DNA of 64,000 nucleotides from the NCBI RefSeq assembly GCF_009914755.1, contig NC_060934.1; one strand, given 5' to 3'. A model generated the notes under the pieces. That model did not search any database. It was given only the letters and a program-made list of their open reading frames with translations, and was not told the DNA's origin. The translations under genes and the position numbers were made by a program. The DNA comes from the human T2T-CHM13v2.0 reference genome, Homo sapiens. This document shows, piece after piece, positions 62,769 to 64,000 of this stretch (position 1 is the first letter of the stretch; each line of letters begins with the position of its first letter).

Positions 62769-63282
62769 TAAGATGATAGTTGGAATAGCATCTAAAATTT
62801 CCTTCTAGAATTTTCTAATATGTAATCAATATTGTAGTAATAAATAATATTTAATGACTTTTTAATAGTAAAAATTCTGATTCCTGACTAGCTTTTTGAG
62901 AGCAGATACAATGCCCTCTTTTTCTTTACACTTTCTGAAACGGTTCTGGCACGTAACATGTATTTGTTGAATAAATAAAAATAATTTTATTACAGCACAT
63001 CGCTGATGTCACAGGAAAACAGTAACTTTCTGAAAGATTACAGTAGAAATAGAATGGAAATATTATGAATATAGGGATTTTATTTTATCTGCAGCACGAT
63101 AGAATCCGTGGAAGAAATGTGAGAGGCACATGATATGAAGCTCCTGGTCTCTTTTTCTCTAACCCTTCTTCAAAGACACATCCCTTAATTCTTTGGTAAA
63201 GAAGAGAGCTGTAATAGGACATTAGTCAGAGGTTGATTGTTCATCCCCACACTTGGGTAGCAACATTCTGGAGTCATGCAAG

Positions 63283-64000
63283 TGTGTCCGGAATTGGTGG
63301 GTTCTTGGTCTCACTGACTTTAAGAATGAAGCCGCGCACCCTCGCGGTGTTACAGTTCTTAAAGATGGTGTGTGCGGAGTTTGTTCCTTCTGATGTTCAG
63401 ACGTGTTCAGAGTTTCTTCCTTCTGGTGGGTTCATGGTCTTGCTGGCTTCAGGAGTGAAGCTGCAGACCTTCACGGGGACTGTTATAGCTCATAAAGGCA
63501 GTGTGGACCTAAAGAGCAAGCAGCAGCAAGATTTATTGCAAAGAGTGAAAGAACAAAACTTCCACGGTGGGGAAAGGGACCCAAGCGAATTGCCGCTGCT
63601 GGCTCAGGCAGCCTGCTTTTATTTCCTTATCTGACCCCACCCACATCCTGCTGATTGGTCCATTTTACAGAGAGCTGATTGGTCTGTTTTGACAGGGTGC
63701 TGATTGGTGCATTTACAATCCCTGAGCTAGACACAGTGCTGATTGGTGTATTTACAATCCTCTAGCTAGAGGTAAAAGTTCTCCAAGTCCCCACTAGATT
63801 AACTAGACGGAGAGCACAAGGTGTGTTTACAAACCTTGAGCTAGACAGAGGGTGCTGATTTGTGCATTTACAAACCTTGAGCTAGACACAGAGTGCTGAT
63901 TGGTGTGTTTACAAACCTTGAGCTAGACAGAGTGCTGATTGGTGTATATACAATCCTCCAGCTAGACATAAAAGTTCTCTAAGTTCTCACCCACTCAGGA
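63283..64000 (-). mobile_element. LTR12 (ERV9 LTR, LTR12C/D-like), continues past the window edge
   Basis: Terminus tgtgtccggaattggtgggttcttggtctcactgac; tandem gctgattggtg..tttacaa..gctagaca units. Confidence 0.95.
63605..63960 (-). promoter_or_regulatory. LTR12 promoter: CCAAT (NF-Y) box array with GATA/AATAAA TATA-like element
   Basis: Six intact gattgg plus one mutated copy in 63650-63945; gcttttatttccttatc at ~63615-63631. Confidence 0.7.

Overview
Great-ape (human-like) genomic DNA with no supportable host protein-coding gene, RNA gene or CRISPR array. Most of the window is interspersed repeats, and the only ORFs with recognisable homology are LINE-1 and Tigger1 remnants. Main architecture: (1) an essentially complete Tigger1 DNA transposon (minus strand, TA-flanked, 1729-17208), inflated from ~2.4 kb to ~15.5 kb by nested THE1, L1MA, L1PA15/16 and Alu insertions, including a probable ancient L1 3' transduction; (2) a full-length SVA (SVA_D-like, 26119-28144, 18-bp TSD); (3) a full-length but inactivated L1PA2-like element (46368-52413, 13-bp TSD); (4) an LTR12/ERV9 LTR running off the right edge; (5) many Alu, MaLR, ERV LTR, MER, MIR, L2 and CR1 relics, plus a few repeat-free homeobox-motif-rich islands that may be enhancers. 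All oriented L1s, the SVA and most Alus lie on the minus strand, suggesting an intron of a plus-strand transcription unit. I found no convincing new biological system; the best leads are transposon-mechanism fossils and candidate regulatory or splicing features. Subfamily names come from recalled consensus features, not a RepeatMasker/Dfam run.
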